Assembly: GCA_951804945.1 (NCBI GenBank)
Contig: OX638151.1
Span: 87,358,001 to 87,422,000, forward strand
Length of the DNA: 64,000 bases
Reading direction: 5' to 3'
Origin: Podarcis cretensis
Taxonomy: Eukaryota
Under the pieces are notes generated by a model. That model searched no databases, had not been told where the DNA came from, and was given only the letters and a program-made list of their open reading frames with translations. Each line of letters starts with the position of its first letter. Within the stretch, counting starts at the first letter, position 1. Below are positions 10,129 to 23,838 of the stretch, piece by piece. The position numbers were made by a program, and so were the translations under genes.

Positions 10129-13100
10129 ACAGAGAATAGTTCTCAGAATATAACAAATGGCTCAGGGGCCAGTTTTCCTCAAAAATAATAATAATAAATG
10201 GCTTCGTTTATAAATGATTTCAGTTCTAAGTAGTTCTATACCAGCCTTCCCAAACCTGATGTGCTCCTGCTTCTTTGGACTACAATTCCCATCAGCCCCA
10301 TCATGGCTATGCTAGCTGAGTTGTAGTCCAAATCATCTGGAGGGCCCCAGCTTACTGAAGGCTCTCTAAAGTTGCTATGAATAAACAAGAAACCAACTAT
10401 TGGGTAGCATTGGGCCAAGGAGTCTCATAAGATGATATTACCATTCTCATTTTCAGTATTGGCCTGGTGGCATTATTTTTTTTAAAAAAAAAAATCTGTT
10501 GACAACAGTAGCATTTTAGTATGTTGACAACTTCAAAGGCTATATTAATTGAAGATATAAAACTGAGAGGTTGATAAGTGATGATGACATCTGCTTTATG
10601 TTTACACCCCATAAAGAAGCTACTAGCCAGACATTTAGCATGCCTGGATACCCACAACTCTGAGAGGAGCTTTGCGGTAACGTAAAGTTAATAAATTAGG
10701 TAAATAACCTAATTAAATAAATAAGCATAATGGCAGTGTCAGCATTGTTAACAATGGCGGCTATTAACACATAGCTGTGCACATTCATGTACTGAAACCA
10801 GCGGGAATTGCATGGATTTCAGTAAGACATGAACACACATACCTACAAAATAGACTACAGCTAATACTTGGGAAAGATGCACAGATTTTTAAGTATAAAG
10901 TTAAGGTATGAAGTAAAGCTGATAGCATCTACTGCACAACACAGGGATTTTAGCCCTAAAATTATAATAGCCAGCCACATTTGAAAACTGAAGCAACCTG
11001 TTCAAAGAGTATTCTCTTGAGTTGAAATGTACTGGAAATATTTAGATGTAATAAGCTTTCATATGCTCATAGATGTCTTTTGCTATTTTGTATATCAGCC
11101 CCCCCCCTTTTGTTGAACTTATCTCATAAGCTATGCAACAAAAATCTTAACAATGGCTATGGTAAGTTAAACAAAGGTGTGGACTCCCAAAGCTCGCACA
11201 CTGTTCCTTCCTGGTCTTTTAAAACTCCTGTACTGTGCTGAACTAAATCAAGGTTTGGCTTAGCATAACATCCAAGCCTGGGGCTCGTGGTTGACCTCTC
11301 TCCTCACTAGCCCAACCGTTGTAGCCAAAAGATTCCGGGACAATGTACATATGTGCATAGAAAGCATCGCAAATATTAAATACAGCAGTAATAACATAAA
11401 TAATACCCAGCCCACTAAATACAGATATATCGGAGCAGTGACAAAGCATAGCACAAAAAGTTCTCCACCCTGTCGTATATTTTAAAACGTTGCTTCCCCA
11501 AAAATCTCCAGCTTATAATGGAGTGCAAGAACCATTATGCAGATATAATTAAGATCAGCCTCATTATGTGGCCGACAGATTTCAGAATGAACCCAGGGTT
11601 CCACTGTTTTTAAAGTCTCCAATCTAAGCCTAAACTAAAATGGGGGACACCTTTTCATAAAGTATCCAAGCGCCTGTGAAAAGGGACTCTCTTTTGGCAA
11701 TCTTTTTGGAGTAAATATGCACACAGGGAGAACTTCACCCAGTGCTCCAGAATTATCAAGGCAACTAGATGTTGCTCCATTTTATGACATTATACTGTGA
11801 GAGGCAATTAAAGTATCCTCAGAGTGCAGGAGAACAGAAAACATTTGCTTTGGCAATGCAGGGATATACTGAATTCCTCCCAGTAAGGTAACTGTTGTTT
11901 TGCTTGCCCTCAGTAATGATATTGCAAGCAAAATTTGATTGGCTATGTAGTGTCTTGATGTTATCTTCCACACTCTATGATCCCTGGTTGGCTAGTGGGG
12001 GGGGGGTTGGCTCTAGAGAAGCAACAACGGGAATAATGAAGTGAATGAAAAACCAAGGAAGAGGTAAGTCTGTCTTTCATGGGAGGGACCTTTACAACCC
12101 CTCCCAACCTTTTCAGCTTGGATTTTTTCAGGGTTGAAAATCTGGTGCAGCCCTCCTAGGTAGCACAACTTAACTTTTGCACTAGCTGCAAGCTGGAGAC
12201 GCATACCATTATTGTGCATGCAGTTTCATTATTTCCAAACAAAAATATCCAACTTCCAACAAGCCCTCTCACTGGTTCAGAGTAGCAAACATGGTCTCCT
12301 CAGATGTTTTGTAACCCAGCTCCCATCAGCCCCAGCCGACCTGGCTAATGGTCAGGGAGCTGTAATCCAAAACATCTGGAAGGTACCATGTTCAGTGTGT
12401 TCCAAACACCTTCAGATCCTTCAAGCTATTCTATTTGACTTAGGTTCTTTATACTTTATCTAAAAATCATGTTTGCAGTTTGGCAGCTTTAATTGGGCCA
12501 TACATGGAAATGGCCATGTCTGGTGCAGTCACACACTGGCGTACCACCTCAAACATGACTGATATAGAACCTGGAATCTGCCTGAGAAGTCTGTTATTTC
12601 TACTCTACAGAAGAAGGAATGCAAGCCTAGCAATCAAGGCAAACTACAGTCCATGTTAGATGTAGTTTTGCATACAACCTAATCTAGTACAGGGGGCAGC
12701 TGCAGAAACAGTAGTAACCATACTGGGACAATGTCTCTCAAAGATTCCACCCTCTCATCTTGCTCCTCTTTGCTGTTCTGATTAAAGAATTGCCACATTT
12801 CATTGGTAGGCTTGCTTTTCTTTAAAAAACGAAAGAAAAACCCCCATGAACACTGAAATCTTAAATTTAATAATCTAGTAAAGACTTATAAATCAGATCA
12901 GCCATTCCAAGCCTTGCTCTGTATCTTCAAGAGGCAAGACACTTATTCCAGTTATTCCAATTATACCAAATATCTACCTAAGAGAAAAACATCAAACACA
13001 AATATGCAAATAACTCTTGCCACTTTCTTGTGAAGTCAAAAAGCCCCTCTGGGGTGATTCTACAGCTCCCATTACATAGGACTAAAGACAACTGTAGCAA

Positions 13101-13287
13101 GACAACTGTTTCAGGAGCTTCTGATGCACTGTAAAAACTGAATGGATGAAATTATGCCCCCAAAATAAAGTTAGTATTTGTAGTGACTTCAAGTCTTCCT
13201 AAAAACTTTTGCGTTAGATCGTATTTTAAATCAAGGTTTCTCCTTCCCCTTTCCAAATAAAGTATTATATTTTAACACTAACTTTAC

Positions 13288-13400
13288 CTTAGTATATTGC
13301 TCACGTTCAAGTTCTTGACTAGAACCAGACTCTGTTGTCTGGTTATAACGGTGCATTTTCATTTTCATCTGTCTCGTTCGTTCCTCCACTACTAAATTTG
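13288..13400 (-). CDS. RIMS1: RIMS1 exon, splice site C region (A-NLVVEERTRQMKMKMHRYNQTTESGSSQELEREQYTK), 113 nt, phase 1->0
   Basis: Acceptor tttttacag|CA, donor AAG|gtaaag. Matches recalled ASLVVEERTRQMKMKVHRFKQTTGSGSSQELDREQYSK. Confidence 0.95.
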
Positions 13401-13685
13401 CTGTAAAAACACATAATGGAAGCCTATTAAAAAGAGACGAAAAGCTTTTAAAGAAACAAATGGTTTACATGCAACTTAGACCTTATTTCAACTTGAACAA
13501 GAAGTATTCAAATAACAAAAAGAAGCACTGTGTGTACACAAGACATAGGCATGCTAATGTTAATATAATGATTTGCTTGCAAATATTTGTATGATACAAT
13601 TCTAAATTTGCTACATAATTATACAATAGATTCTAAACCAAGAAAAGAACATTTGCTTGTTTAAAGCTGATAAATCTTGGCAGTA

Positions 13686-13898
13686 CAGTAGACCCACAAA
13701 TTATGCAGGGGGTACATTATGGGGACAGAGCATAAAGCCAAAATCATGTATAATCAAATCACATTGGGTGCAATGGCGGGTGGGATTGCCAAAGTTTCCC
13801 CCCCCCCCAGATGCCCACCCGCTTTCTATTTATTTATTTGCCAAGCTTGTAAAGCTGAATGTGCACAAGTTAAATGTGTGTAGGTTGCGAGTCTACTG
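13686..13898. mobile_element. Older Tigger-like MITE
   Basis: TA|CAGTAGAC...GTCTACTG|TA with degenerate TIRs. Confidence 0.6.
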
Positions 13899-16450
13899 TA
13901 TTTGTAGAACTGTAGCATTCAATCATCTCAACATAAATATAACTATACTTCGTTATCCTATTCAAAATAACACTATGCAATACTTGCAAGTGTGATAGAT
14001 GTGGGTTCAGACAATCATTGCACTGGCTTCTATACAACTAACTGGCTAAGGCCCCAGTCTTAGTCTATGCTAAAGTCTGGAAAAGGCGCATTTTTACACC
14101 TCACACTTAAACCCTTTGTAAGAGAAGCTGGCATTCCAGAAAGAAAGCCAAGCTGTGGTTGGTATTCAGCTAAATTGAAATTAATGGATCTAACTTAGGC
14201 ATGTTTAATTAATTTAAGTGTCACCTCTGAATAACAGTTGAATACCATCCTGTACGTAGCCTCTTCAGACTTTGATTTGAGTATTTGATTTGCAGTTATT
14301 ATATCACATTATATCACTCACTAATTGGGCCTGAGTGACAGACTCCCTCCCTCCCTCCCTCACTCACAAGGCTATCAAAATTGATAGGTTACTTCTCAAA
14401 CAGCTACAATCTTGAAATCAGGTGCACACGCAGCCTGATGCAATCTACATCTCCTCACAAAACTGGTGACTCAATGTATACCCCAAAATGTTCAAACCAC
14501 TCATGTACCATATACAGACAAGGTACTCTGATTACTCAAAGAGTCTGAAGTGGACGTTAGCGTACCACTCTCAGAAAAAAGGGGGCTCAAAGTATATCCC
14601 TCAAATGGTCGAGGTGTTTCCAGGTGATTCAGGAAGCAGACATGTAAAAATACACAAGGTACAATTTTCATAGAGTCTGTCTGGATTTTTTTTTCTCATA
14701 AAGCTTGCCTACAATTGTGTATTTTGATTTCAGAGGTTACAGATTCAACCAATTTGTGATAATTGATTTTACACAACAAGAGTATTATCAAAACACTGCG
14801 TAAATCACATTATTTTATGTTACAATGATATACAAAAAGATGTTTTATTAAGGAGATACACAATGCAAATGTGGAAAATCTAACCTTAATAGATTTCTTT
14901 CTCTCTCTTCAATAATGTTTTAATTTGGTAAAGTATATAAAGTTATTTAAACTACAGCATGCAACAATAAATCAATGAGCAATATTAAAAAACAGCACAT
15001 ATTTAGCTTTAAATTTAATACTGCCTGATTTTCCACATTCTTAGTCACAAAACCATGTTTTTAGTTGTAAAACTCCATTTAGTAAACAGAACAAAACGAA
15101 ACAGTGCCTCAAAATATTAATCTACTTTTTCAGATTCATGTCCCCTCTCCCATACAAACCCAACTTTATCTGGAAAATGCCCCAAGAAACATATTTAGAT
15201 TGCTAACTATATAGTTACTTGTGCTGAAGTCTCAATGAAACTACATGGTGCCGTCTGTACCAGATCTAAAACACCAAAGTGTTTATTCCATGTGCAGCAT
15301 GTTGTTGTTGTTGTTTTAAAAAAATTTCTGTCTCTGTTATTGTTATGTTGAGCTGCTAATATTACTTTTCTGCACACTGCACTGTTCAATCACGTTGGAA
15401 AAACAGCATGCGAATGAAATAAATTAAAAAATTGTAGGCTATTCCATATGCCTATTTATCACCTACAAACGCAATGATCCTCAGATTGCAGATAGCAGGT
15501 TCCAATATGAATGCATTTATATGAAAATAATGTGAGTTTATTAACTGAATTGTAGATTTGTGTATTAGAAACTCTGTCTTTCAAATTCCCTTTCAGGAAG
15601 CCTGGTCAACAAGGCATCTTTTCTATAGAGAGCAAAGGTGAACAACCTGCAGCCAATGGTGCAGTCCCCAACCTCGTTTTATATGCCCCCCCCCCGAACT
15701 TTCCAGAGTTGCTCTACTCTTCTATCCCAGTGGAATGGAGCCCCTTTCTAACTGTTCACATCCTCCTTACTGTTCCTGGTTTTAAGAAGTGCTTTCCTTT
15801 TTCTGCACAATTGCAGAAAATTTGGAAGAGGTGGTATTACATTTAAGAAAAATATATTGATGGGTTTTAACTAACATTTCCCTGGTTGTATGACTTTGCA
15901 AAAATAAGTCATTGTCCCCCAGATCATTGAGAACAAATTTAGGGTTGTTCTGCTTTGTATATGTGTGCGTGTAGCACATTAAATCTACTTCCACTTGCTT
16001 TTTAGACGGAAAAAAAGATTCATTGGCCTGATGGACTTAAAGAAAACATATGTATGCTTATATGAGAGTAATTTCATCAAACCAGTTGGGCTTACTTCTG
16101 TGTAGAGCTCTACAGGAGTAGGAGCTGGTTAAAACTGAGTAAGAGTAATCTTTATTCTTTATGAATTTAATCTTTATTAATTAATTCAATACACTTTTGT
16201 CTCTTGCTATGTCCACCAATGGCATGTGGCCTCCAACCAATTACCCTTGAAGATATGGGGGCTTTGATAGAAAAAACAAGGTTGCCTATCCCTGCTAGAG
16301 AGTAACCATGCTCATTTGAACATGAAAAATAACATATCTGTCATTCAAATAACTGGTTTAGTGTATTCCCCAACCAGTTCAAATAGTCCCAGTTACGTGG
16401 CCAACTGTCAGAAATCCATCTTGGTGTGGCGAGCAAGAGTAGCCTGTTAG

Positions 16451-16623
16451 CAGTGGCGGAGCTTCAAGCTCTGGCAGGGGGGCGGAGAGCAGGCGAGGGC
16501 ATGGCTGGTGCACTCCCAGGGGCATGGCGCCCAGCACGGGGGGGGGGACTGCGATAGCACCCCACCGGGATCGTGCCGCTGGGGGCGGTATGCTCCCCCC
16601 GCACCCCTGTTCCTCCGCCAGTG
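16451..16623. mobile_element. GC-rich hAT-type MITE, copy 2
   Basis: TIRs CAGTGGCGGAG / CTCCGCCAGTG. Perfect 8-bp TSD CCTGTTAG at 16443-50 and 16624-31. Confidence 0.87.
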
Positions 16624-19600
16624 CCTGTTAGATGATTCGTATGGGCAGGCATGCCATAGCAAGCACAAAACTGGCTGTAGAGTTAGATAGGTGAACTGGC
16701 AAAGGAGGACGAGACCAGTATCAGATGTGGTGGGACAGCAGTGCTCAGCTGCATTACTGTTGCTGACCAGGATGTAGAGGAGTAAGGTCAGCACGGTGCT
16801 AATGAACTGACGAAGCCAAACCAGTGCTCCTGCTGGTGTGTTTGCACCACACTAATCTCACCGTCACCTTGTTCCTTCCCTCTAGCTCCTAGTAAGCAGG
16901 AGTGACACAACTGACTGGAAGTCAGGTGAGCAGTGCCACCCTGCCATGCTGCCCATCACTGGTTTGGGACCATGTGAGTGCAAGAAAAATAAAGTCAACA
17001 GCAACAAGGAGAAGAAAGAAGTCACGCTGCTTGTCAAACTGCAGGTCTTGAGTTATCTAACTTTAGAGAAATACAGTCAGGACACAGCTAGAAGACAATC
17101 AAGGCCTGATGAATATATGGGGGAAACTATGAAAAATGGGGAGAGAAACCTATTACCTGGCTGTCAGGAGTTTAGTCACTATCTGAATGAATACTGAATG
17201 AAACTGAAACATTGACTCTAGAGGACCACCTCACATGATCTGGCTGCCATGGGGAAAGCCACCTGAAATCGCTTCTGTGTGGTCTTTTGTGTACACTGCA
17301 AGCAATTTCATGCGCACCCGCTCACACTTCCCAGATCTGGCCCTACCACATGGCTTCTTTCCATACTCCAGCAAGCTATAATTAGAAACAGTAATTTATG
17401 CATGGTGCCTAGCACAGTGACGGGTGTGGTATGAGTAATCAAAATGATGATGATGAATAGGCAGGGTATTAGCAATTAAAATTATGATGATGATGATTAG
17501 CAATAAGAATGACATGAATTGTTTTGAAAAAAAAATTAAGCTGCAGCACAGATAGAAATCGCACTGTGGGGACCAGTCCATAGGATGACATGAAGTGCAT
17601 GAAACCGCTGGCCCTGTAGACCAGCTGCCATGAGAAGGAAGTTTCAAGCAGCCTCTACATGGCAGCCATATTGTGAGAAACACTTTATTACCCTTGCCTA
17701 TTAACAGACTGTGGGTGGTAGAATTAGATGTATGCTTTCTCTTTCTTTCTCATAATTTAGTAGCAGAAAGTTATCAGAAATCTACAGCCCAGTTCCTACA
17801 CTTAGCAGGCTTGCAATACTCTTCATGCATTAGAGAAACAGGCATGCCCTCCACAAATGAGGTTGATGCTCCGATTTGCATGCTGTTTTTACAAAAGAGG
17901 TGAAGATCATACAAATCATGTTTGCATGTACAAATTTCCACATAGCTTCACATAATATAGCAGGTGCTTGGTGGATGAGAGGGGCATCTACCTCTGCTGC
18001 CCCACCATGTAGATGAAACTAACTTTTTTTAGGTGTACGGCAGCCGAAAAGGAAAGAAAGCAACTCTGAAAATATGTCTGCTATAAAACAGGCAGGCGCA
18101 TTCAAAGCGTGTATGTAACAAAGCTGAAAATAGTTCTCTGTTGTGAAGATATGAATGGGTGTGCGCGCACGCTTAATAGGATTAACATAAACAGTTGGAA
18201 AAATCTGAACGACTTAATAGAGCTAAATTGGATCATAGTTAGTACCACTTTTAACAGTGCAAATTTCAGTGCTTAATCCCTCCTCCAGTTGAACACAAGT
18301 GAGGATATGATTGCTTATGGTCAAAGTTAGATGGACAAATACTGCAGAAAAGAGTAGGCTTCCTTCCTTCTGGAGTCTATGATGCACATTTCTTCCTTGC
18401 TTGCTTTCGTAGCACAGGTTCGTCTGGAACCTGTAGCTTTCCAGATGTTATTGAACTACAGTACTGCCTGCAGAACAGCCAGTGTCTTGGATACTTCTAG
18501 GTCCGGTTGACTTGCATGAGGAGATTCACTGTCATAGTCACATTTGTTTGATCCTTTTACAGACAGCGTGCTCTTGTCATCTTGATAAGGGTATACATGA
18601 AAACTCTGTTGTCTCAAACCACAACCCAAACCAGAATCTTAGTCAATATTATTGGTGAGGGAGAGTTATCAAAGGACAAGGCATCATACTGATAGTAATG
18701 GATGATGAAGCAGAAGTGATAAAATTTCCAGTCATCTGTTCTTATTAGAATGAAAACACAAACATTTTTAGGATCTACAGGTGCTATGAAACTAACTCAT
18801 AGAATACTGGGAGCCACCTGCCAAAGGTTCTCCATCTCAATGTATCAGAGTCTGATGAATTTGTTTAGGCAGTTTTTGCTTACAATGTGTCATGCTCTCC
18901 CATCTATTGAATAGGTGTGAGTGCCATGCTGAATGTTTGACCTCTGTTCCACAACTGTGTGCGCAGCAACTGTTGGATTATCCCTTCTACCAGCCTTTAC
19001 TTTGTCAGATTTCCTGGAATGGGGCAAACTACAAACCAGGCCCTTGAGTACCACCTTGGTTTCAGTGCTGGGGTTGCAGCAGTTTCTGAAGGGCTGTATC
19101 CATTCCAAGGCAAACTTGGTTAGCCACATACTGGCCCTTGGGCACACATATATCAGCCATATTTCTTGCAGAGCTGTATGTGTGGGTTTGCTATGCACCA
19201 ATTCAACTGGTCATTGTTTTAGTAGCTAGACTGACAAAATGCATTGTGGGCTATAAGGTTTGTTAGAGGGACAAAGGAAAAGCTTGTGGTGCCTGAGAGA
19301 AGAGTCATAAGTCCACTCCAGGTGACTAAAAATAAATTACAAACTTTGTTTCTAGCCACTTTAGGTGGGAAGCTGGGAGGCTGCTGTGGCAATTGGCTTT
19401 TCTGCTCAATCATCCTAAAAAAAAAAGGAACTGGAAAACCGATGAGCTGGTGCTTGTGTACACTTACTCACAAGTAGACAGTTGGTTGTGCTGTAGAATT
19501 TTCTTCTCTTTTCTTCCCTCCTTGGGTCCATGGTGCAAAGGCAGCAGACAGCAGATGAAAGGCAGAGGCTTTCCTGACTGCCTTTTTTCCTCCTGCCACT

Positions 19601-22463
19601 CTGGCTTATGGTATGATGTCGGGGAAGCTGACAAGAACGGACCTCTCCATAAGATCAAAATGGTGGTTGCGAGACTATGCAGACCATCTCAGTCTAGCAT
19701 TTCTAGGGGCTAAGGCTGACCTGGAGGAGCAGCTGCTTACCTGATGGCTTTCCTTGGTAACTGTGCTCTAGTAGCCCAAACAACATCCCTGACAAGTCTC
19801 CAGGAAGAGGCAGCTATGACAGAAACAGTTGACTTCTGCCTCAGCAGCTTGGCTTGTTAAGCCAGGGCAGTTCAGGTTTCGAGTTCCCTGTATACAAACC
19901 ATTTCTAGTACAGGTAACAAGCATCTTATGCTTATTTTACTTACACAATTACAGCTTTGTGTAGGTGTGTGGGGGAAATCAATAAATGGAAAATAGTGAA
20001 ACCCACTCTCCATTTATTTACCCACTCCTACCCACAGCTCCAGGCTTACCTGGCTTTGGGAAAGTGGCATGGGGGCTCTGGCAGTATCCCAGAGCCCTTG
20101 CACAGCCTTCACAAAGCTGGGTGAGGCGCCAGGTTTTGAGAAGAAGGCTCAAAGGCACTGGCAGGATTGTAGAGCCCTCCAGCCACCTTCTCAACGCCAG
20201 GTAAACAGCCCTATATCTTGCAGGGGGCAGCGGTTCTGTGGGTTTCTGGATCTACACATGTTTGTGTTTACATGTGGATTCCTGGAACTGAACCTTTGCA
20301 TAAGATGCGAGTTACCTGTATACATGTTGCAAAAACCCTCTATAGATTTGATGCAATGATAAATTGTAAATTCATGATCTTCTTGACTCTTGAAATTTGA
20401 AACGAGTATGGAACATTCCCAAAATGTTAGAAAATTTCCTGGAATCTCCAAAACGTCGTTGTTGCAAAACTCGAATGGATTTCTAATAAATATTCAGAAA
20501 TAATCTCAAACATTATTTCATTTCTAGCTTATTGTTCCTGAATCTTGGGGAGGGGTACATAGTCTCACATTCCATGCTCCAGTCACTTCTCTAGTCCATG
20601 GATGCACTCTCCATTTGCAAACTCTTGTGTTCGTCTGCATTGAGGAACCACAAGCACACCTTCCAAGGTCCCATGAATACTTCCTCATTGGGTCATCAGA
20701 GTCCTCCTTATCTGTCTCCAACTGTATTAATCAGTTCCCACTACCCAACACTAAATTCAAGGTGCAGCTAAGGCTCAAAGGAAGCTATAGCACTTTTACA
20801 TTATCTTCTATAACCCCTTTGGTCATTGGTTTGGGATGCACACAGTTTTGATGTTCTTTCAGCACTTCTCCTCTGAGCCTCTTATGTATTCTAGAAATTA
20901 CCTGAGGGGTAATGTTTTTCTGTTTGTTTCTCTCAAGGTTTCCCTGTAGAAGACCAAATCCTTTATTTTGGATCCACATGCTAGTCGTTCCCATTCAGCA
21001 TGTTATGGTGGTACACATAGTGTTCTTGTTTACCAATGGAAGAAAAATGGTACTCATTCCAGACTGACAAGCAGACTGAACAACTTGACCCAGCCCAACA
21101 GCCATGTTTTATTGTCTCCCAGGTGTTTAGAAACCCCCCCATTTTTTCAGTCTCAGTCAGGCAGCTCAATCTCAGTCAGTGAGTTATTTGTGGGGACACA
21201 AGTTGCGCACTCTTAAAATTTCTGAGCTGGTTCTGGAGGACTCCAGTATATCAAAACCAATCACCTCCCAGAAGAACATTCAAAGGTAGAGATAACCTAA
21301 GCCAATGCCACACTTATTTTTACCTTTTTTACAGTATGCATCAGCAGCCATTAGGTCTCCTGTCTTAACAGTAAACTTCTTAAAAATCATCCAGAGACAT
21401 ATGTATGCATTTCTAATTATTTATATCTTATATTTGTACTTTGCATTGCATTTATATTTTGAGTAATTCTTGTCTCTTGTATACTACCCTAGAAAAAAGC
21501 CCCACTGGGTTTAATAGGATTTACTCCCAGGTAAGGATAGCACTTCAGCCACTATCACTTTTAAGAGTTGCTTAATTTGATGTAGATAGAACATGGAGTC
21601 CGGCTACAGAGCCATTTATAAATCATGGCACAATCGCCACACATCTCTCAACTTTTTAAAATCTAGTCCTGTAGCAGAAAACAGCATGACAGCCATCTCC
21701 AGCTCCACAGGGTAAGATTGAGGGGTTCTCAATAGCAAGAATTTGTACACCATCCTCAGTGACAAGAGGAAATAAAATATTGGCATATGCATGGTTATAA
21801 CAGATTCCATTCAAAACAATACCAGAGGTAACTATGATGCATTTGGAGACAGAGATAGTTATACTCCTTATCTGCTAACTATAGCTCTCTTCACTCATGT
21901 GCAAAATTTACAATAAATGTGTTGAGGAGACAGGCCTTCCAGTGTCAATGCACTCATGGCGTCCATTCCCAATGTTCTGACAGCCTTTGGGGATAGGAAA
22001 CACCTATCCTGATACAGTTGTAGGTCTCTACAACTCCCTTTCACATGTCTAACACAGTGCATGGACATTAGGGTGAGGTGGAGTGATAATGTCAGGGTGG
22101 GGCCCAGTGGGGCCTGGTCCCATCCCATGCATTCTTGTACACATGGGGCACACATGACAAGGGCTTGTGATTAAAAACAATAAAAGGAAATATTTACAGG
22201 GAAAATTCAGAGTTCTTTTTGAGGATTTCTAAGGCTGCTGAAGCAAATGGGAAAACTTTTCGTAGTTGTAGTACCATTTCAGGCTTCAGCTCTCTGTGTG
22301 TGTACATGCTCTCTGCACATAGAAAACTGAGTTTAATGGGAATTACTCCCAGGCAAGTTCTAAACAGCAGCCATAGACTTTCCTTTAAGTTGCTCTACCT
22401 GTTACTTCTTTCTGGAATGTTAATTTCCTGTGGTGGCCACCCCCCCCCCACAAAAGCGAAGTA

Positions 22464-22721
22464 CAGTGGTACCTCGGGTTACATACGCTTCAGGTTACAT
22501 ATGCTTCAGGTTACATATGCTTCAGGTTACAGACTCCGCTAATCCAGAAATAGTGCTTCAGGTTAAAAAGTTTGCTTCAGGATGAGAATAGAAATCGTGC
22601 TCTGGCGGCGCAGCAGCAGCAGAAGGCCCCATTAGCTAAAGTGGTGCTTCAGGTTAAGAACAGTTTCAGGTTAAGTACGGACCTCCGGAACGAATTAAGT
22701 ACTTAACCCGAGGTACCACTG
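22464..22721. mobile_element. Tigger/pogo-like MITE
   Basis: Perfect 18-bp TIR CAGTGGTACCTCGGGTTA, TA TSDs, internal GCTTCAGGTTA repeats. Confidence 0.9.
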
Positions 22722-23709
22722 TAGTCAAAAATGCAGTTAATGTGTCACTGGCAGCATAAACCTGCACTCAGTTTGGGATTTTTAGTTTTTGCTGCATAAA
22801 CGAGTCATGACACAAGATAAAACAGTTGGTTTATGGCCTTTATCAAGGTCACACATCAAGATTCTTCCTGGGTGACAGATTTGTCTCAACACAATAAGTA
22901 AGTTCAATGGTAGATATGCCAGGTTGTTGGTGTTTTAGTGCACACAGGTGCCTGTGAGGCCATATTGTGACAAAACACAATGAAGCATTTGAAATGGAGA
23001 TGCAGATGTTGATAGATTTTTTCCTTTTTTTAAAAAAAAAAGCAGTGGAGTTGAGAAAAGATTTAGAATCAAGTATACAAGGAAATATTAAAGGAACAAG
23101 TTACTGTTCCTTTACAGTAATTCTAATTCTACAGTAATTAGAATTGTGTTGATTGACAGCAACATGTCTTAATTGCCACAGACAATTACAGAACAAGGGC
23201 AATTGCATGGAAGTAGTTTTTGGTTATACATTAGCAGAAACTAAGATCAAACCCACAAAAAAATGTGTAGAGCATTCTTGAGCAGGCCCCCCTGCTTACA
23301 AAAGTAAAGTTGTGCTGATCAGCTACTGTCTGTTTATCTTTACCCATTTAGATCTCAGTGGCCAACCCTCCACCATGACTGCCTGAACAAAGGACAGGCA
23401 TTTGCAGCCTTACAATTTATAACTTTGGGAAAACTTACAGGCAGGCACTTCCAGCACTTTTGAAAGGTTCCAAGCACAGTTTCCAGGCAGCTTGATGGGA
23501 ACCAATGGCACAGCAGTGCTTACTTATGCACTCATTGTGTTTGGTTCCAGCTCCTGATAGAGAGAACAATTCAGTCCTGCTGATGTCACTTGCTGTCTGC
23601 CTGTACTCCACGTGGCCTACTGCTAGAGGGTTCAAATAAGGTGCCTCTATTGCTCAAGTAACCTCCCCCACCCCTTCCCTTTTAAACTTGTTGGCTCCTG
23701 CTTCTCTTC

Positions 23710-23838
23710 TTTAGGGAAGTTTTTAATGTGTGACATTTTAATGTATTTTTAATCTTTGTTGAAAGCCACCCAGAGTGGCTGGGGAAACCCAGCCAGATGG
23801 GCGGGGTACAAATAATAAAAATAAAAATAATTATTATT
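23710..23838 (+). mobile_element. L2 3' end fragment, same family as 5536-5910
   Basis: TTAGGGAAGTTTTTAATG...CCCAGAGTGGCTGGGGAAACCCAGCCAGATGGGCGGGGTA shared with the 5.5-kb copy. Confidence 0.8.

Noticed and set aside
9763-10188. Cluster of overlapping GC-rich ORFs (also 16447-16794, 34095-34517, 1542-1844)
   Set aside because: They coincide with GC-rich MITEs or repeat-like DNA where stop codons are rare. No recognisable protein.
10835-10856. ttttgtag|gtatgt recursive-splice-like motif
   Set aside because: The host intron is only about 3.6 kb and the tract is short. Recursive sites are typical of very long introns.
18890-21216. Several 60-100 aa ORFs considered as a nested gene, retrocopy or endogenous viral element (also 37700-38150)
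   Set aside because: No recognisable domain or consistent frame on reading. A BLASTx would be needed to exclude a highly decayed element.
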